Shown one piece after another: positions 18,982 through 28,688 of a DNA stretch of 64,000 bases. Under the pieces are notes generated by a model, which made no database searches, had not been told where the DNA came from, and was given only the letters and a program-made list of their open reading frames with translations. The DNA is taken from positions 62,001 through 126,000 of the IMG/VR virus record IMGVR_UViG_3300020380_000001. One strand, written 5' to 3'. The translations under genes and the position numbers were made by a program. Position 1 is the stretch's first letter. Each line of letters starts with the position of its first letter.

Positions 18982-19969
18982 ATTGCCCGACATGCGAAAT
19001 TTAGTGGTTGGCCGCTCCGGCGTGAACCAAGTAGCAGTTGTCCTGACACGTCTTACAGACGCACATACACAAGAACATCGTTACGGGTCGAAGATATTGG
19101 GGTTCGTCAGTGCACTGGCACGCGGCGAAGACCTCGAATCAAGCAGAGTCATAACCGGGTGTTGGCAGGTTTACGAGTCCAAAATAAAGCCGTATTTTGC
19201 TAGTACTATATTCATGAATAGTATTGATATGGACAAATATCAGCCAACTAAGCATTATACAAAAGACGGGGTCGCGTATTGTAAGTTTGAAGACTTGAGC
19301 GAGACCTCAACGACAGCCGTTTATGAGTTGACTGTCACTGCCGAACATGCGACCTCGCACGACTTAATCCGTGTTGACGTAAAAGGCGACATTAAAAACA
19401 AATATGGCGCGAAACACGGCTTTACGCATGCTACTTTTTACATCGATACAACGACTGGGCTCTTAAGTGACTTTGGCGAAACCCCGGCACTGGCTATGCA
19501 TGTGATGCGTAACGTGAATTTAAACATGTATACTAACTGTATCGCGGTCTACGCAAAAAACGGTGTCATAAACGACAACGGTGACCGCCCGGCTTTTACA
19601 ACAAAAGTATATTTTGATAAAGATAGCAAAAAGATAATAGATATTTCGGTGAGCATCGAAGATAGGCAGCTTAGTAAAAAAGGCTTTGAGTCTACGTTTG
19701 TGAGTAGTGGTGATGTTATTGAGACTGCCAGGTGCTCGTATGTAGATGACAAGTTCGGATGGAAAGTGACACTAGATAGTGACCCTAATTACTGGTTACT
19801 GATTGATCACAATATGGATGTGGGGTCTAAATACTATCCGGGGCTCGTAACTGAACAAGACACCCATTATATAATAAAGAATCAGGTGGTAACGCCGTCT
19901 GAGTTCGTAAAACAATGTAACTTAAGTGATGAGGAAAAAGCTATGATAATTTTGGGTGAGACCCAATGA
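18974..19969 (+). CDS. LH(R/N)xxGPA-repeat protein, paralog 3 (degenerate repeats)
   Basis: LSDFGETPAL, INDNGDRPAF; shares the C-terminal LSDEEKAMIILG motif. Confidence 0.7.
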   Translation: MIKLPDMRNLVVGRSGVNQVAVVLTRLTDAHTQEHRYGSKILGFVSALARGEDLESSRVITGCWQVYESKIKPYFASTIFMNSIDMDKYQPTKHYTKDGVAYCKFEDLSETSTTAVYELTVTAEHATSHDLIRVDVKGDIKNKYGAKHGFTHATFYIDTTTGLLSDFGETPALAMHVMRNVNLNMYTNCIAVYAKNGVINDNGDRPAFTTKVYFDKDSKKIIDISVSIEDRQLSKKGFESTFVSSGDVIETARCSYVDDKFGWKVTLDSDPNYWLLIDHNMDVGSKYYPGLVTEQDTHYIIKNQVVTPSEFVKQCNLSDEEKAMIILGETQ

Positions 19970-21057
19970 AGGGTATCTTAGCGTCAGTATTTGAAATACC
20001 CGCATCTATCCGTGACACCTCTACGGTACCGGATGTGCTGCCCGTGTTAAAGACCGTACTCGACATTTCTGGTAAAAACAACGCATCGCATGCAGTGCAT
20101 ATATCTGCTTTCGATGAAGTGGCCGAAACACTTGTACCCGATGGCACTTATAGCGTAAATGAGGTTGTTTTTGCAGCAAAGGAAAACGCACTAAGACTTT
20201 TCGTATCGACAACCAATAGACTATATTCCAATGCGGCAGACAGAAAACGTCCTGCCGTCGAAGACCTCGAGGTAGAAATAGACCATAAAAACGAATCAGT
20301 GGAGATATCCATCAAGTGTTTTCACATTAAAGTCAATATCTTTTTGTCGTTTTATGAAAGGGCAGATGGGCTAATGCTACACTCTGATTCAGGCCCTGCA
20401 TTCGTAATATCCACAAAATCCACTGAACATCCATATGAGAACACCGATATAAAAATATACGCAGAATATGGATTATTACACAGAACTGGTGATCTGCCTG
20501 CTCTTACGAGTAGCTATTGTGTTGGTATATTAGGGAATCGGTTCCATCAGAAATGCTACGCCGAGAATGGTCTAGTAGGAAGAAACAATACCGCGCCTGC
20601 TTTGATCGTTGAGAAGTACAGGATAAGAGAAGGATTTGAAGACGAGTTATCTTCCAAAACCCGTTTATACGCAAAGAACGGCAAACTTGCACTAAGTTCG
20701 CAAGACTATTACATGGTTCACGAATCGTTTAGGCTGGATAAACCAGCGCTATTAGAGATGACGGTTGATGAAACTGGACACCCAGTTTTACACACGTACT
20801 GGCCAAAAAACGGTAAGCTAGTGAGATCCAACTCGCGCTATTTAGATGACAGCCTATCATATTTACACCGCGTCGACGGTCCGGCGGCAGTGTTTGCCTA
20901 TACCGGAGGAAGAACCGGTTTTGAGTATTGGTATCGCGGCGTGGCATGCTCTATAGACCAATATTTGCGTATGAACAATGAACTTACAGACAGTGAAAAA
21001 GCAATAATCAGGCTTGGACACGAAAAGACAAACTGCGTGAGATACGTAGATAAATAA
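19966..21057 (+). CDS. LH(R/N)xxGPA-repeat protein, paralog 4
   Basis: LHSDSGPAF, LHRTGDLPAL, LHRVDGPAA; C-terminal LTDSEKAIIRLG. Confidence 0.75.
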   Translation: MKGILASVFEIPASIRDTSTVPDVLPVLKTVLDISGKNNASHAVHISAFDEVAETLVPDGTYSVNEVVFAAKENALRLFVSTTNRLYSNAADRKRPAVEDLEVEIDHKNESVEISIKCFHIKVNIFLSFYERADGLMLHSDSGPAFVISTKSTEHPYENTDIKIYAEYGLLHRTGDLPALTSSYCVGILGNRFHQKCYAENGLVGRNNTAPALIVEKYRIREGFEDELSSKTRLYAKNGKLALSSQDYYMVHESFRLDKPALLEMTVDETGHPVLHTYWPKNGKLVRSNSRYLDDSLSYLHRVDGPAAVFAYTGGRTGFEYWYRGVACSIDQYLRMNNELTDSEKAIIRLGHEKTNCVRYVDK

Positions 21058-21088
21058 ACAAAAACAACTATAAAAGGACAAGACAAAC

Positions 21089-21469
21089 ATGATTACATAT
21101 AGTATATTTTTCGATAAGAGATTCAGCGAAGCGTTCACTCGACTAGTTGAGTTACCGATGAAACCGGCATTGTCGCAGAAGTTCAGTAAAATGGCTGAAA
21201 CTATTAGCAGTGCTGAGCAAAGCTTTGGTGAAGAATACGGTGCTATAGTCAAGGAGTGCGTAAAACTTGACGACACAGGAAATCCAGTAACTACCGACAA
21301 CGGCGGTGTAGTCATAGCCGAAGACAAAACAGAGTATTATAAGAACTCTATTGCTGAATTAAAACAAAAACCAATCCAGGGCGTTGTTCCTGTCTATATT
21401 TCTGACTTGGGCGATGACATTAAAATATCCCCCAAAGACCTTGGAATATTACGGGAAGTCCTAGTATAA
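21089..21469 (+). CDS. hypothetical protein
   Basis: ORF track; AAGGA RBS. Confidence 0.7.
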   Translation: MITYSIFFDKRFSEAFTRLVELPMKPALSQKFSKMAETISSAEQSFGEEYGAIVKECVKLDDTGNPVTTDNGGVVIAEDKTEYYKNSIAELKQKPIQGVVPVYISDLGDDIKISPKDLGILREVLV

Positions 21470-21478
21470 GGAAAACTC

Positions 21479-21997
21479 ATGTATCACAGCGGCAGCATAC
21501 CGATGTTGGACACAGCGGCAAACAATGTCCGGCAGTTAACATACGATTGTTTGAATATAGTTCAAGGAGGCTATGCACGCACCGGAATTTACCCTGGTGA
21601 CTTCAAAGACCTGCCGCCGCCTGCCCTTAGCGTTGAAGAAGTAGAATCATCGATTGTGCTATCCACAAGGGCTTTTGGCGAACTAGAATTTTTTTGTGGT
21701 GTCACTGTTGACCTTTTACGGGAGATGGATTCGGCCATCTCCCAGTACGGTGCGAGTATCACCAATGTCGAAATTGGTGTAGCCGATTTATCTAAAAAGG
21801 TCGAAGAATTAGAGGATCGTATGCGGAGGCTATTCGAAGCACTTGAAAATGCAGCGCCGGATACTACGGTTGCTGAGCTAAAGAGTATGATTTACTATAG
21901 CTACCAGCTCGACGAGATAGACGTCCAAATAAAGAACAACGGCGGCGTTGACGCTTTTGTGCATTTAGATAACATGGCTAAAAAATCTTATGGATAA
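21479..21997 (+). CDS. hypothetical protein with a coiled coil
   Basis: ORF track; AAGGA RBS. Confidence 0.7.
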   Translation: MYHSGSIPMLDTAANNVRQLTYDCLNIVQGGYARTGIYPGDFKDLPPPALSVEEVESSIVLSTRAFGELEFFCGVTVDLLREMDSAISQYGASITNVEIGVADLSKKVEELEDRMRRLFEALENAAPDTTVAELKSMIYYSYQLDEIDVQIKNNGGVDAFVHLDNMAKKSYG

Positions 21998-22241
21998 CGA
22001 CGATAATACCTACGACGGGTCTTTGGTTGCTAACCTTATCGACACGTCAACTCTTAGTATCGAAGGCCGTTCTTTATGGGATAATGCACTGGCGACACCG
22101 GCCGAAGTAATTACGTCTGAATCAGATGAGATCAAAGCACTGAAATTGTTACTTGAGGCCATAGATATGCTACCCGACGACAACGAACTAAAACAAACTT
22201 TCAACTCACTTCGTGCATCAATTAAGCTACAAGGCGAATAA
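21990..22241 (+). CDS. hypothetical acidic protein
   Basis: ORF track. Confidence 0.65.
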   Translation: MDNDDNTYDGSLVANLIDTSTLSIEGRSLWDNALATPAEVITSESDEIKALKLLLEAIDMLPDDNELKQTFNSLRASIKLQGE

Positions 22242-22247
22242 TAATAA

Positions 22248-22529
22248 ATGAATATTAACGATGTATTAGGCCAAGCACTAACTGTGCCTGGATTTTTCGG
22301 TACGCTGGGTAGCGCATGTGTTATCCTTGCATATTACTTAAATGTTATGGAAAAGGCAGGTACGTTTTCGTATCGTTATACGCTCTTAAACTTGTGCGGC
22401 GCCCTCATGCTGACATTCAGTTTAGTTTACCATCCCAACCTACCTTCACTCGTTATTGAAATGTTTTGGATTTATATCAGCGTAACTGGACTCTATAAGA
22501 CGTGGCGAAAGAAGAAGATTACGGCATAG
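22248..22529 (+). CDS. small 3-TM membrane protein (CBU_0592/SemiSWEET-like)
   Basis: Hydrophobic helices GTLGSACVILAY, YTLLNLCGA and LVIEMFWIYIS. Confidence 0.5.
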   Translation: MNINDVLGQALTVPGFFGTLGSACVILAYYLNVMEKAGTFSYRYTLLNLCGALMLTFSLVYHPNLPSLVIEMFWIYISVTGLYKTWRKKKITA

Positions 22530-22714
22530 CGCGATGTGGAGGGTGTGGTGAGTTTTTCACCACACCTAGTAGCCGGAAAACCTTAGCATCAGCCGCCACC
22601 CCGTTGAACGCTATTGACTACGCTATACTGGATCACGCTGGTATTGACGTGGAGAAACTGCCTGTTCCTACTATTTGCTGTTCACCGTGCTACAAAGAAA
22701 TATTTTATCGATAA
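22502..22714 (+). CDS. small zinc-ribbon protein
   Basis: CGGC...CSPC. Confidence 0.5.
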   Translation: MAKEEDYGIARCGGCGEFFTTPSSRKTLASAATPLNAIDYAILDHAGIDVEKLPVPTICCSPCYKEIFYR

Positions 22715-22727
22715 ATAAAAATTCTGT

Positions 22728-22756
22728 TTGATTAATTCTTTAAAGTTTGTTAGTAT
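22728..22756 (+). promoter_or_regulatory. sigma70-type promoter TTGATT-17-TAGTAT
   Basis: Upstream of rIIA. Confidence 0.5.
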
Positions 22757-22790
22757 TGAATTATATTTTAACCAAGCTTTAAGGTATGTA

Positions 22791-25598
22791 ATGAAAGTCA
22801 CAACTAAAGGGAAAGAAACACGGACTTCGAGCGGAGTTGCCTCGACAGGTTTCACTATAAAATCTAACGCGCACGCTTTTAAGATATTATCAAGCAACAT
22901 GTATTCAAACCCACGACACGCTATTATCCGTGAGTTGTCTACTAACGCACTTGACGCACACGCGATGAATGGCAACACCGACAAGCCGTTTGATGTGACC
23001 CTCCCGACTCAGTTTAATCCGGTATTCGTGTTACGGGATTACGGCCCGGGATTGGATATGGACAATGCAACTAATCTCTATACCACATATTTCGACAGCA
23101 CTAAAAACGACAACAACGAAGCCGTAGGCGGCCTTGGTCTTGGATCCAAATCACCGCTTGGTTATACAGACATTTTTAATGTTGTGTCTTACCACGAAGG
23201 CAAGGCGCACCATTTTGCCGTAATTATTAATGAAGAAGGCCTCCCGTCTATCAACCATTTGGGCAGCTCGGACACTGACGAACCGTCAGGTCTTGAAGTT
23301 TCTGTTCCGATGAAAAACAACGAATCTTCTGAACGTTGCCATTGGCTAGCAGAAGCCATTGACATTTATATGTGGTTCCCTGAAGGTTCTGTTAATATTG
23401 TTAACCCGTCAGCGTACGATGACCGTCTTATTGATGAAGATATAGCTAGTATCGTCCAGGCAGGCAAAGCAGCGCTAGAAGAAGCCGCTGACTACGATAT
23501 AGTGTCGTATTCTACTAACATATACTTCAATGAAGGTAACGGTAGGCTGAATTATCACACCTCCAAAGTACGGATACGTAGCTCAGGCCTTTACGCTCAA
23601 ATGGGACCTATAATTTACCCAGTAAGTATGGACCGTTTGGTGCTTCCGAACAACATGACTTTAAACGCGCCTGACTCCGCAGTAGTAATGAAGTTTGGTA
23701 TAGGTGAACTTACGATTGCACCTTCCCGTGAAGAACTCCACTATGACGACGAAACAGTCTCTGCCTTAAGTAAACGTGTATGGCAAGCAGTTAACAACAC
23801 AATCACAAGTATCACAGATGCAGTTGAAGAAATACAAACCATTGAACAAGTAATTGAAATGGCTAAGTCTGGACTGGAACTTGATGTACCCGGCGGTACA
23901 TATGCAGCTCGTATGGCAAGTATGGATTTTCGTTCGCTATTAAGTGATCGTGTTCAGAAAATCGTTGACGCTCAGTATAATCCTATACTATCTGTATCGA
24001 CACTTTCTTTGGAGTCTGCGCGAGTAGCGCATAAGAAGAACAGGTACAGTATTAACCTTAGCATGTCAATACCTGACTTGTTTGTGACACATGGTACTAT
24101 ACCTGCAGAAGATGTAGCTGAGGTCAAACAAGCGCTTTGTCGTGCACGTATGATGAAAGCCGATAAGACATTTGACGTTGTCTATACAGAAGTAGTACAC
24201 CGACACATACTGGACAAAGTTTACGAAAATTATTTGGAATCTGACCAAGCCGACGAAGTAGTTGAAGCGGTTGCTGAACTGCTAGGTCTTGACCCTAGCG
24301 ATGAATACTTTGACGAGACAGATCTGCCGTTGGGTAGTCTACGCCCGCGACATTTAAAGGGTTTGGTGGATGACGGTTTCGAAAACTTCAGTACTGCTTA
24401 TGCTTTTGAATATGATTTCGGCAAGTCGTGGACTCGTACTTGGACAAGTAGCAAATTTTTCAAAGGCAGTGTGGAGATTTTGGTTGAAGACAAGCCCGGT
24501 CATGTGAATGCTTGGCGCCAATACGTTAAGGAAGAACGCGCTTACTACTGCAACATGAGTATCCTTGCAAACGAAAAAGACGCTAAGCTAATCAAAGCGT
24601 TCCTTGATGCGGTTGGCTTAGAAGTATCACATTACGGCAACGTAAGTGAGTTTAAGCCTGTAGCTTATATTAAGGAAATCAACAAGCGCGATACGTCTGC
24701 TATGAATATTGGTGTCCGCCGAGTGCGCAAGGACGGCTCGCTAATTGATTCATATTTAGAAAACTGGGATATTGTTAGCGTACATTCCGATAATACGTTG
24801 TACGTGAGTATAGAGGCAGGCACACTGGGATCACCGTATTCTCTTGAGACAATGGAAGCGTGTAGCAAGTATTCTGATCAAGTCAAAGAGCTAGTTAACA
24901 AGGCATATACGCTGCCGTCAGGTGACCCGGTTTCTAATATATTGTTTTATACAGCAAGCCAAAGGAACGTGAAGGCCATTGCCAACCTTGAAAATTGTTT
25001 GTCTATTCCGGTAAAAGACTTCCGTGATAAAATATCTGAAATGGCAGTATTGGATCACAAAGACTACATCGATTCTATTAAAGGTGTATCGTCTGGCGAA
25101 TTAGCTGGTAATATGCCGAGCTTTATAATGGAAACTATAGAGTTCATAACGGATTTTTGTCCTGAACTTAGATTTAAGATAGATGACGATTTCACTAGTA
25201 AATACGTCAACAAGGTCTTAACAATTACGTCAGCCACTACGAGCAACACTTACAAGTTCTTAGAGGCAGTAATTGGTAAACAAGACTTCCATGCTATTAT
25301 TGAAGACGAGTCTTCAAAAGAAAGTAAAATGTTGCGGGACGCCAAGTTCTGTGGTAAAATCGCTAACGTTTTCGCGACACCGGTACTGTATTCATTCGTG
25401 CGCGGCTTGAGACTTGCGAATAATAACGCTTATTCGTCTACGGGCATTTATGACTGTAGTGCGTGCGAACTAAAGCAATATAATGGCCAGGAGCGCACGG
25501 TAAACATACCGGAAGTTTCTATCAAAGAAGCGCTAAGACAAGCACGGAATATAATACGAGATCAGGTAATAACTGATACTAACACAGGAGAGGAATAA
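22791..25598 (+). CDS. rIIA: rIIA-like protein (lysis-inhibition/Rex-exclusion protector)
   Basis: GHKL-type N-domain (IIRELSTNALDA, DYGPGL, GGLGLGSKS, SREELHYD); directly upstream of rIIB; start moved to ATG 22791. Confidence 0.9.
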   Translation: MKVTTKGKETRTSSGVASTGFTIKSNAHAFKILSSNMYSNPRHAIIRELSTNALDAHAMNGNTDKPFDVTLPTQFNPVFVLRDYGPGLDMDNATNLYTTYFDSTKNDNNEAVGGLGLGSKSPLGYTDIFNVVSYHEGKAHHFAVIINEEGLPSINHLGSSDTDEPSGLEVSVPMKNNESSERCHWLAEAIDIYMWFPEGSVNIVNPSAYDDRLIDEDIASIVQAGKAALEEAADYDIVSYSTNIYFNEGNGRLNYHTSKVRIRSSGLYAQMGPIIYPVSMDRLVLPNNMTLNAPDSAVVMKFGIGELTIAPSREELHYDDETVSALSKRVWQAVNNTITSITDAVEEIQTIEQVIEMAKSGLELDVPGGTYAARMASMDFRSLLSDRVQKIVDAQYNPILSVSTLSLESARVAHKKNRYSINLSMSIPDLFVTHGTIPAEDVAEVKQALCRARMMKADKTFDVVYTEVVHRHILDKVYENYLESDQADEVVEAVAELLGLDPSDEYFDETDLPLGSLRPRHLKGLVDDGFENFSTAYAFEYDFGKSWTRTWTSSKFFKGSVEILVEDKPGHVNAWRQYVKEERAYYCNMSILANEKDAKLIKAFLDAVGLEVSHYGNVSEFKPVAYIKEINKRDTSAMNIGVRRVRKDGSLIDSYLENWDIVSVHSDNTLYVSIEAGTLGSPYSLETMEACSKYSDQVKELVNKAYTLPSGDPVSNILFYTASQRNVKAIANLENCLSIPVKDFRDKISEMAVLDHKDYIDSIKGVSSGELAGNMPSFIMETIEFITDFCPELRFKIDDDFTSKYVNKVLTITSATTSNTYKFLEAVIGKQDFHAIIEDESSKESKMLRDAKFCGKIANVFATPVLYSFVRGLRLANNNAYSSTGIYDCSACELKQYNGQERTVNIPEVSIKEALRQARNIIRDQVITDTNTGEE

Positions 25599-26938
25599 TG
25601 ATATCGTATATCATACGTGAAGATAGTGTTGTCGTTTTCGTAGACGGCAAACAACACATCGTTTCACAGAGTAATCACCCGCGATTTGCTGGTATTGTAG
25701 ATGCCATTGATCGTGAAGATCACGAGTATATTCGAGAGAATATAAACGTTAAGGACGCAATAACTCGTGAAATCACCGGCGCTTGTGAAGGTCGTGTAGA
25801 AGTAACCGACTCACAAGTATTGTTTAACGGGGCAGTTGTTACCAACTCAATCGGTAAGCGTATCCTTAAATGTATCGAACAAAAGCTACCGTTCAGACCT
25901 CTGATGCGCTTCCTGGACAATATCATGGAAAACCCGTCTCGTACGGCAGTTGAAGAACTGTTCTTGTTTTTAGAACATAACGACTTGCCAATTACAGACG
26001 ACGGTCACTTGCTTGCGTACAAAAGCGTAACGGAAAACTTCAAGGACCGTCACACCGGTACTATTGACAATTCGCCCGGACAAGTAGTGGAAATGCCGCG
26101 TGAAGAAGTTGATAGCGAACGTGAAAGAACATGTTCATCCGGTTTGCACTTTTGCGCGTTGCACTACTTGAGCACGGCATACGGCTATGGTGGCCAAGTT
26201 GTTATCCTTAAAATTAACCCACGTGACGTGGTAAGTATTCCGTCGGATTACAATAACTCTAAGGGCCGCTGCTGTCGTTACGAAGTGTTATGCAAACAAA
26301 ACAAGCCTGGCGACGATATTCTAGCTCAAGGCCCAGCAGTAGTTGAGACCGAAGCGGTTAAAGATATCGTGAACAAGACTTCTACTGAAGTATATAACAC
26401 TGACGGTAGCGAGTTTGTTCCTGAAGAACGCGGATCAACTGTACACTTTGAAAAACCGGTTGAAGAAGTACCGGAAGAAGTAGTTGAAGAAAAGCCGGCT
26501 GAAACTGTTACCGGGTATAGTGTTCCTGGCGAATTACAGGTACCGACTGTTACTGATGAAACCCATCCGTTTGTTGGTAAAAACTTAGCGCTATTCAGTG
26601 TATCTGGTACGTTCTATAACGGTCGTCGTTACGTTGAAGCTAAGCTTCCTATCTACGTTGCATTAGAAGATGGCATGAGTTTAGACGATGCTGCTGAAAC
26701 TCTAATAGAGTGTGAAGAAGCTGTTCGCTACCGTGTCTCTAACTTCCGTGTAGGCGCTAAGCAGACATTACTAGTTAGACGCGGTGATGGTCCTGATTCT
26801 CTTAATGTTGAGATTCAAAGCACCGGAAAGGTTAAGCTTAATAAACACGTTTCGTTTAATGGCGTATGTGTTGAAAGTACCGAAAACGGTAAAACTTTGA
26901 TTGGTCTTAACGTCGGAAGCCCTGGCCGCTTACAATAA
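25598..26938 (+). CDS. rIIB: rIIB-like protein with a C-terminal extension
   Basis: LPITDDGHLLAYK, CSSGLHFC, DVVSIPSDYNNSKGRCCRY. Confidence 0.92.
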   Translation: MISYIIREDSVVVFVDGKQHIVSQSNHPRFAGIVDAIDREDHEYIRENINVKDAITREITGACEGRVEVTDSQVLFNGAVVTNSIGKRILKCIEQKLPFRPLMRFLDNIMENPSRTAVEELFLFLEHNDLPITDDGHLLAYKSVTENFKDRHTGTIDNSPGQVVEMPREEVDSERERTCSSGLHFCALHYLSTAYGYGGQVVILKINPRDVVSIPSDYNNSKGRCCRYEVLCKQNKPGDDILAQGPAVVETEAVKDIVNKTSTEVYNTDGSEFVPEERGSTVHFEKPVEEVPEEVVEEKPAETVTGYSVPGELQVPTVTDETHPFVGKNLALFSVSGTFYNGRRYVEAKLPIYVALEDGMSLDDAAETLIECEEAVRYRVSNFRVGAKQTLLVRRGDGPDSLNVEIQSTGKVKLNKHVSFNGVCVESTENGKTLIGLNVGSPGRLQ

Positions 26939-26950
26939 AACACGCAAAAG

Positions 26951-26969
26951 AAGGGGGCTAGTCCCCCTT
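26951..26969. terminator. GC hairpin after rIIB
   Basis: AAGGGGG-CTAGT-CCCCCTT; weak U tract on +. Confidence 0.45.
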
Positions 26970-26997
26970 AGTTCATAGATAAAAAGAATAATAAATT

Positions 26998-27879
26998 ATG
27001 GATACTTTTGACACACAGTATTACGAGCTTCTTCTCCATTTGGTGAATGTAGCTGAAGAAAAACCTTCATCCCGTCCGGGCATGAAAACAAAGTCGACAT
27101 TCGGGCATTCCATGTCAGTTGACTTGAGTGAATCCTTCCCATTGACCACATTGCGCAAGACTCCACTTAGATGGATATTTGAAGAAACAATGATGTTCGT
27201 GCGCGGTGAATCACAAACGAAAGTCCTAGAAGAAACCGGTATTACTATTTGGAAAGGTAATTCAAGCCGCGAATTCTTAGATAACAAAGGTCATACTGAT
27301 TGGCCGGAAGGTGAAATCGGGCCTGGTTCCTATGGTGCCCTGTGGCGTGCGTTCCCCGGTAAGGACGGCAAGACTGTCGATCAACTTAAACAGCTTGTAG
27401 ACGGGCTAAAGAATAACCCATACGACCGCAGACACTTAATTAGTGCATGGCATCCGCAGTACTCGGTGGATTTTGCTGCGCTACCCGCTTGCCACATATT
27501 ACAGCAATATGATGTAACGCCTAGCGGCAAGCTAAACAGCAACTTTTACATGAGATCCAACGATGTGTTATTCGGGCTACCGTTTAATATGGCGCAGTAC
27601 GCGTTCATGAATATCTGTATTGCTAAACTCGTTGGACTTGAACCCGGCAAACTCACTTACATGTGTGGTGATTCGCACATTTACGAAAACCAGTATGCTG
27701 CGTCTGAATACCTACTGTTACAGACAGAGCAAATGGATATTCCGCCACCGCCGAAACTAGAAATTACAAAAGAGCTAAACACATTAGATGACTTTGTAAA
27801 TCTCAAGTACACAGACTTGCAGCTAACAGGCTATAACCCTAATCCGGATATACCGGACAAACCAAAGATGGCTGTTTAA
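26998..27879 (+). CDS. thyA: thymidylate synthase
   Basis: LTTLRK, PYDRRHLISAW, ALPACH, RSNDVLFGLPFN, DSHIYENQ. Confidence 0.95.
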   Translation: MDTFDTQYYELLLHLVNVAEEKPSSRPGMKTKSTFGHSMSVDLSESFPLTTLRKTPLRWIFEETMMFVRGESQTKVLEETGITIWKGNSSREFLDNKGHTDWPEGEIGPGSYGALWRAFPGKDGKTVDQLKQLVDGLKNNPYDRRHLISAWHPQYSVDFAALPACHILQQYDVTPSGKLNSNFYMRSNDVLFGLPFNMAQYAFMNICIAKLVGLEPGKLTYMCGDSHIYENQYAASEYLLLQTEQMDIPPPPKLEITKELNTLDDFVNLKYTDLQLTGYNPNPDIPDKPKMAV

Positions 27880-27902
27880 TAGAACACACTCGAAATTTTT
27901 GA

Positions 27903-27909
27903 CTAAATA
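27903..27909 (+). promoter_or_regulatory. T4-like late promoter box CTAAATA upstream of folE
   Basis: Intergenic thyA-folE. Confidence 0.55.
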
Positions 27910-27988
27910 GTATTGTGACAAGGACAAGACGATCGTTGTTTGCGTCACACTACAATTCACTAGTCATTAGATATGTAAGGAAAATCAA

Positions 27989-28678
27989 ATGTCATTTAAT
28001 AAAACTAAAACAGACCCAGTTCTGGGCGCTAAAATCCAAGAACACTTACTTGCGAAAGGTGTAGCAACTCCGGTTGTAGACGAGTTTCTAACAGTAGAAG
28101 CCAAAGAAAAAATATCTGTACTTGAAAAACACTTCTTTGAAATTTGGAAGAACTTAGGTATGGATATGACAGACGACAGTCTGTGTGAAACCCCTAAGCG
28201 TATGGCTAAAATGTACGTGTTGGAAACAATGTGGGGCCTACTGCCTGAAAACTTTCCTAAGTGCACCGCCGTTGACAATAAAATGTCGTATGACGAAATG
28301 GTTCTTGAGTGCAACATTAACGTTCAGTCTAACTGTGAGCACCACGGTGTAGTGATTGACGGTCTTGGCTATGTTGCATATATGCCGAAAGACAAAGTAC
28401 TGGGCTTAAGCAAGATCAACCGTATTGTTGAATACTTTGCTAAACGACCACAAATCCAGGAGCGCTTAACTGAACAGGTTTACTACGCGCTACAATACAT
28501 CTTGGGCACTGACGACATCGCCGTTGTTATTGACGCGACTCACTATTGTGTTAAATCGCGCGGTGTTGAAGATACTGGATCTAGCACTATGACTAGCAAG
28601 TTAGGTGGCCAGTTCAAAGAAAACCAAGCACTGCGCCAAGAGTTTATGTCTCTTGTAAACGCGAAGCGCATCAAGTAA
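27989..28678 (+). CDS. folE: GTP cyclohydrolase I
   Basis: ETPKRMAKMY, SNCEHH, GLSKINRIV, RPQIQERLT, HYCVKSRGV. Confidence 0.95.
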   Translation: MSFNKTKTDPVLGAKIQEHLLAKGVATPVVDEFLTVEAKEKISVLEKHFFEIWKNLGMDMTDDSLCETPKRMAKMYVLETMWGLLPENFPKCTAVDNKMSYDEMVLECNINVQSNCEHHGVVIDGLGYVAYMPKDKVLGLSKINRIVEYFAKRPQIQERLTEQVYYALQYILGTDDIAVVIDATHYCVKSRGVEDTGSSTMTSKLGGQFKENQALRQEFMSLVNAKRIK

Positions 28679-28688
28679 GGGAGGCATT

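Noticed and set aside
26998-27879. thyA homolog as a dCMP hydroxymethylase or other base-modifying enzyme
   Set aside because: It keeps Asn at the dUMP-specificity position (GLPFNMAQY) and all canonical ThyA motifs
27910-27953. Imperfect hairpin in the folE leader as a preQ1 or THF-II riboswitch
   Set aside because: No recognisable consensus, it does not reach the RBS, and the late start site would cut its left arm
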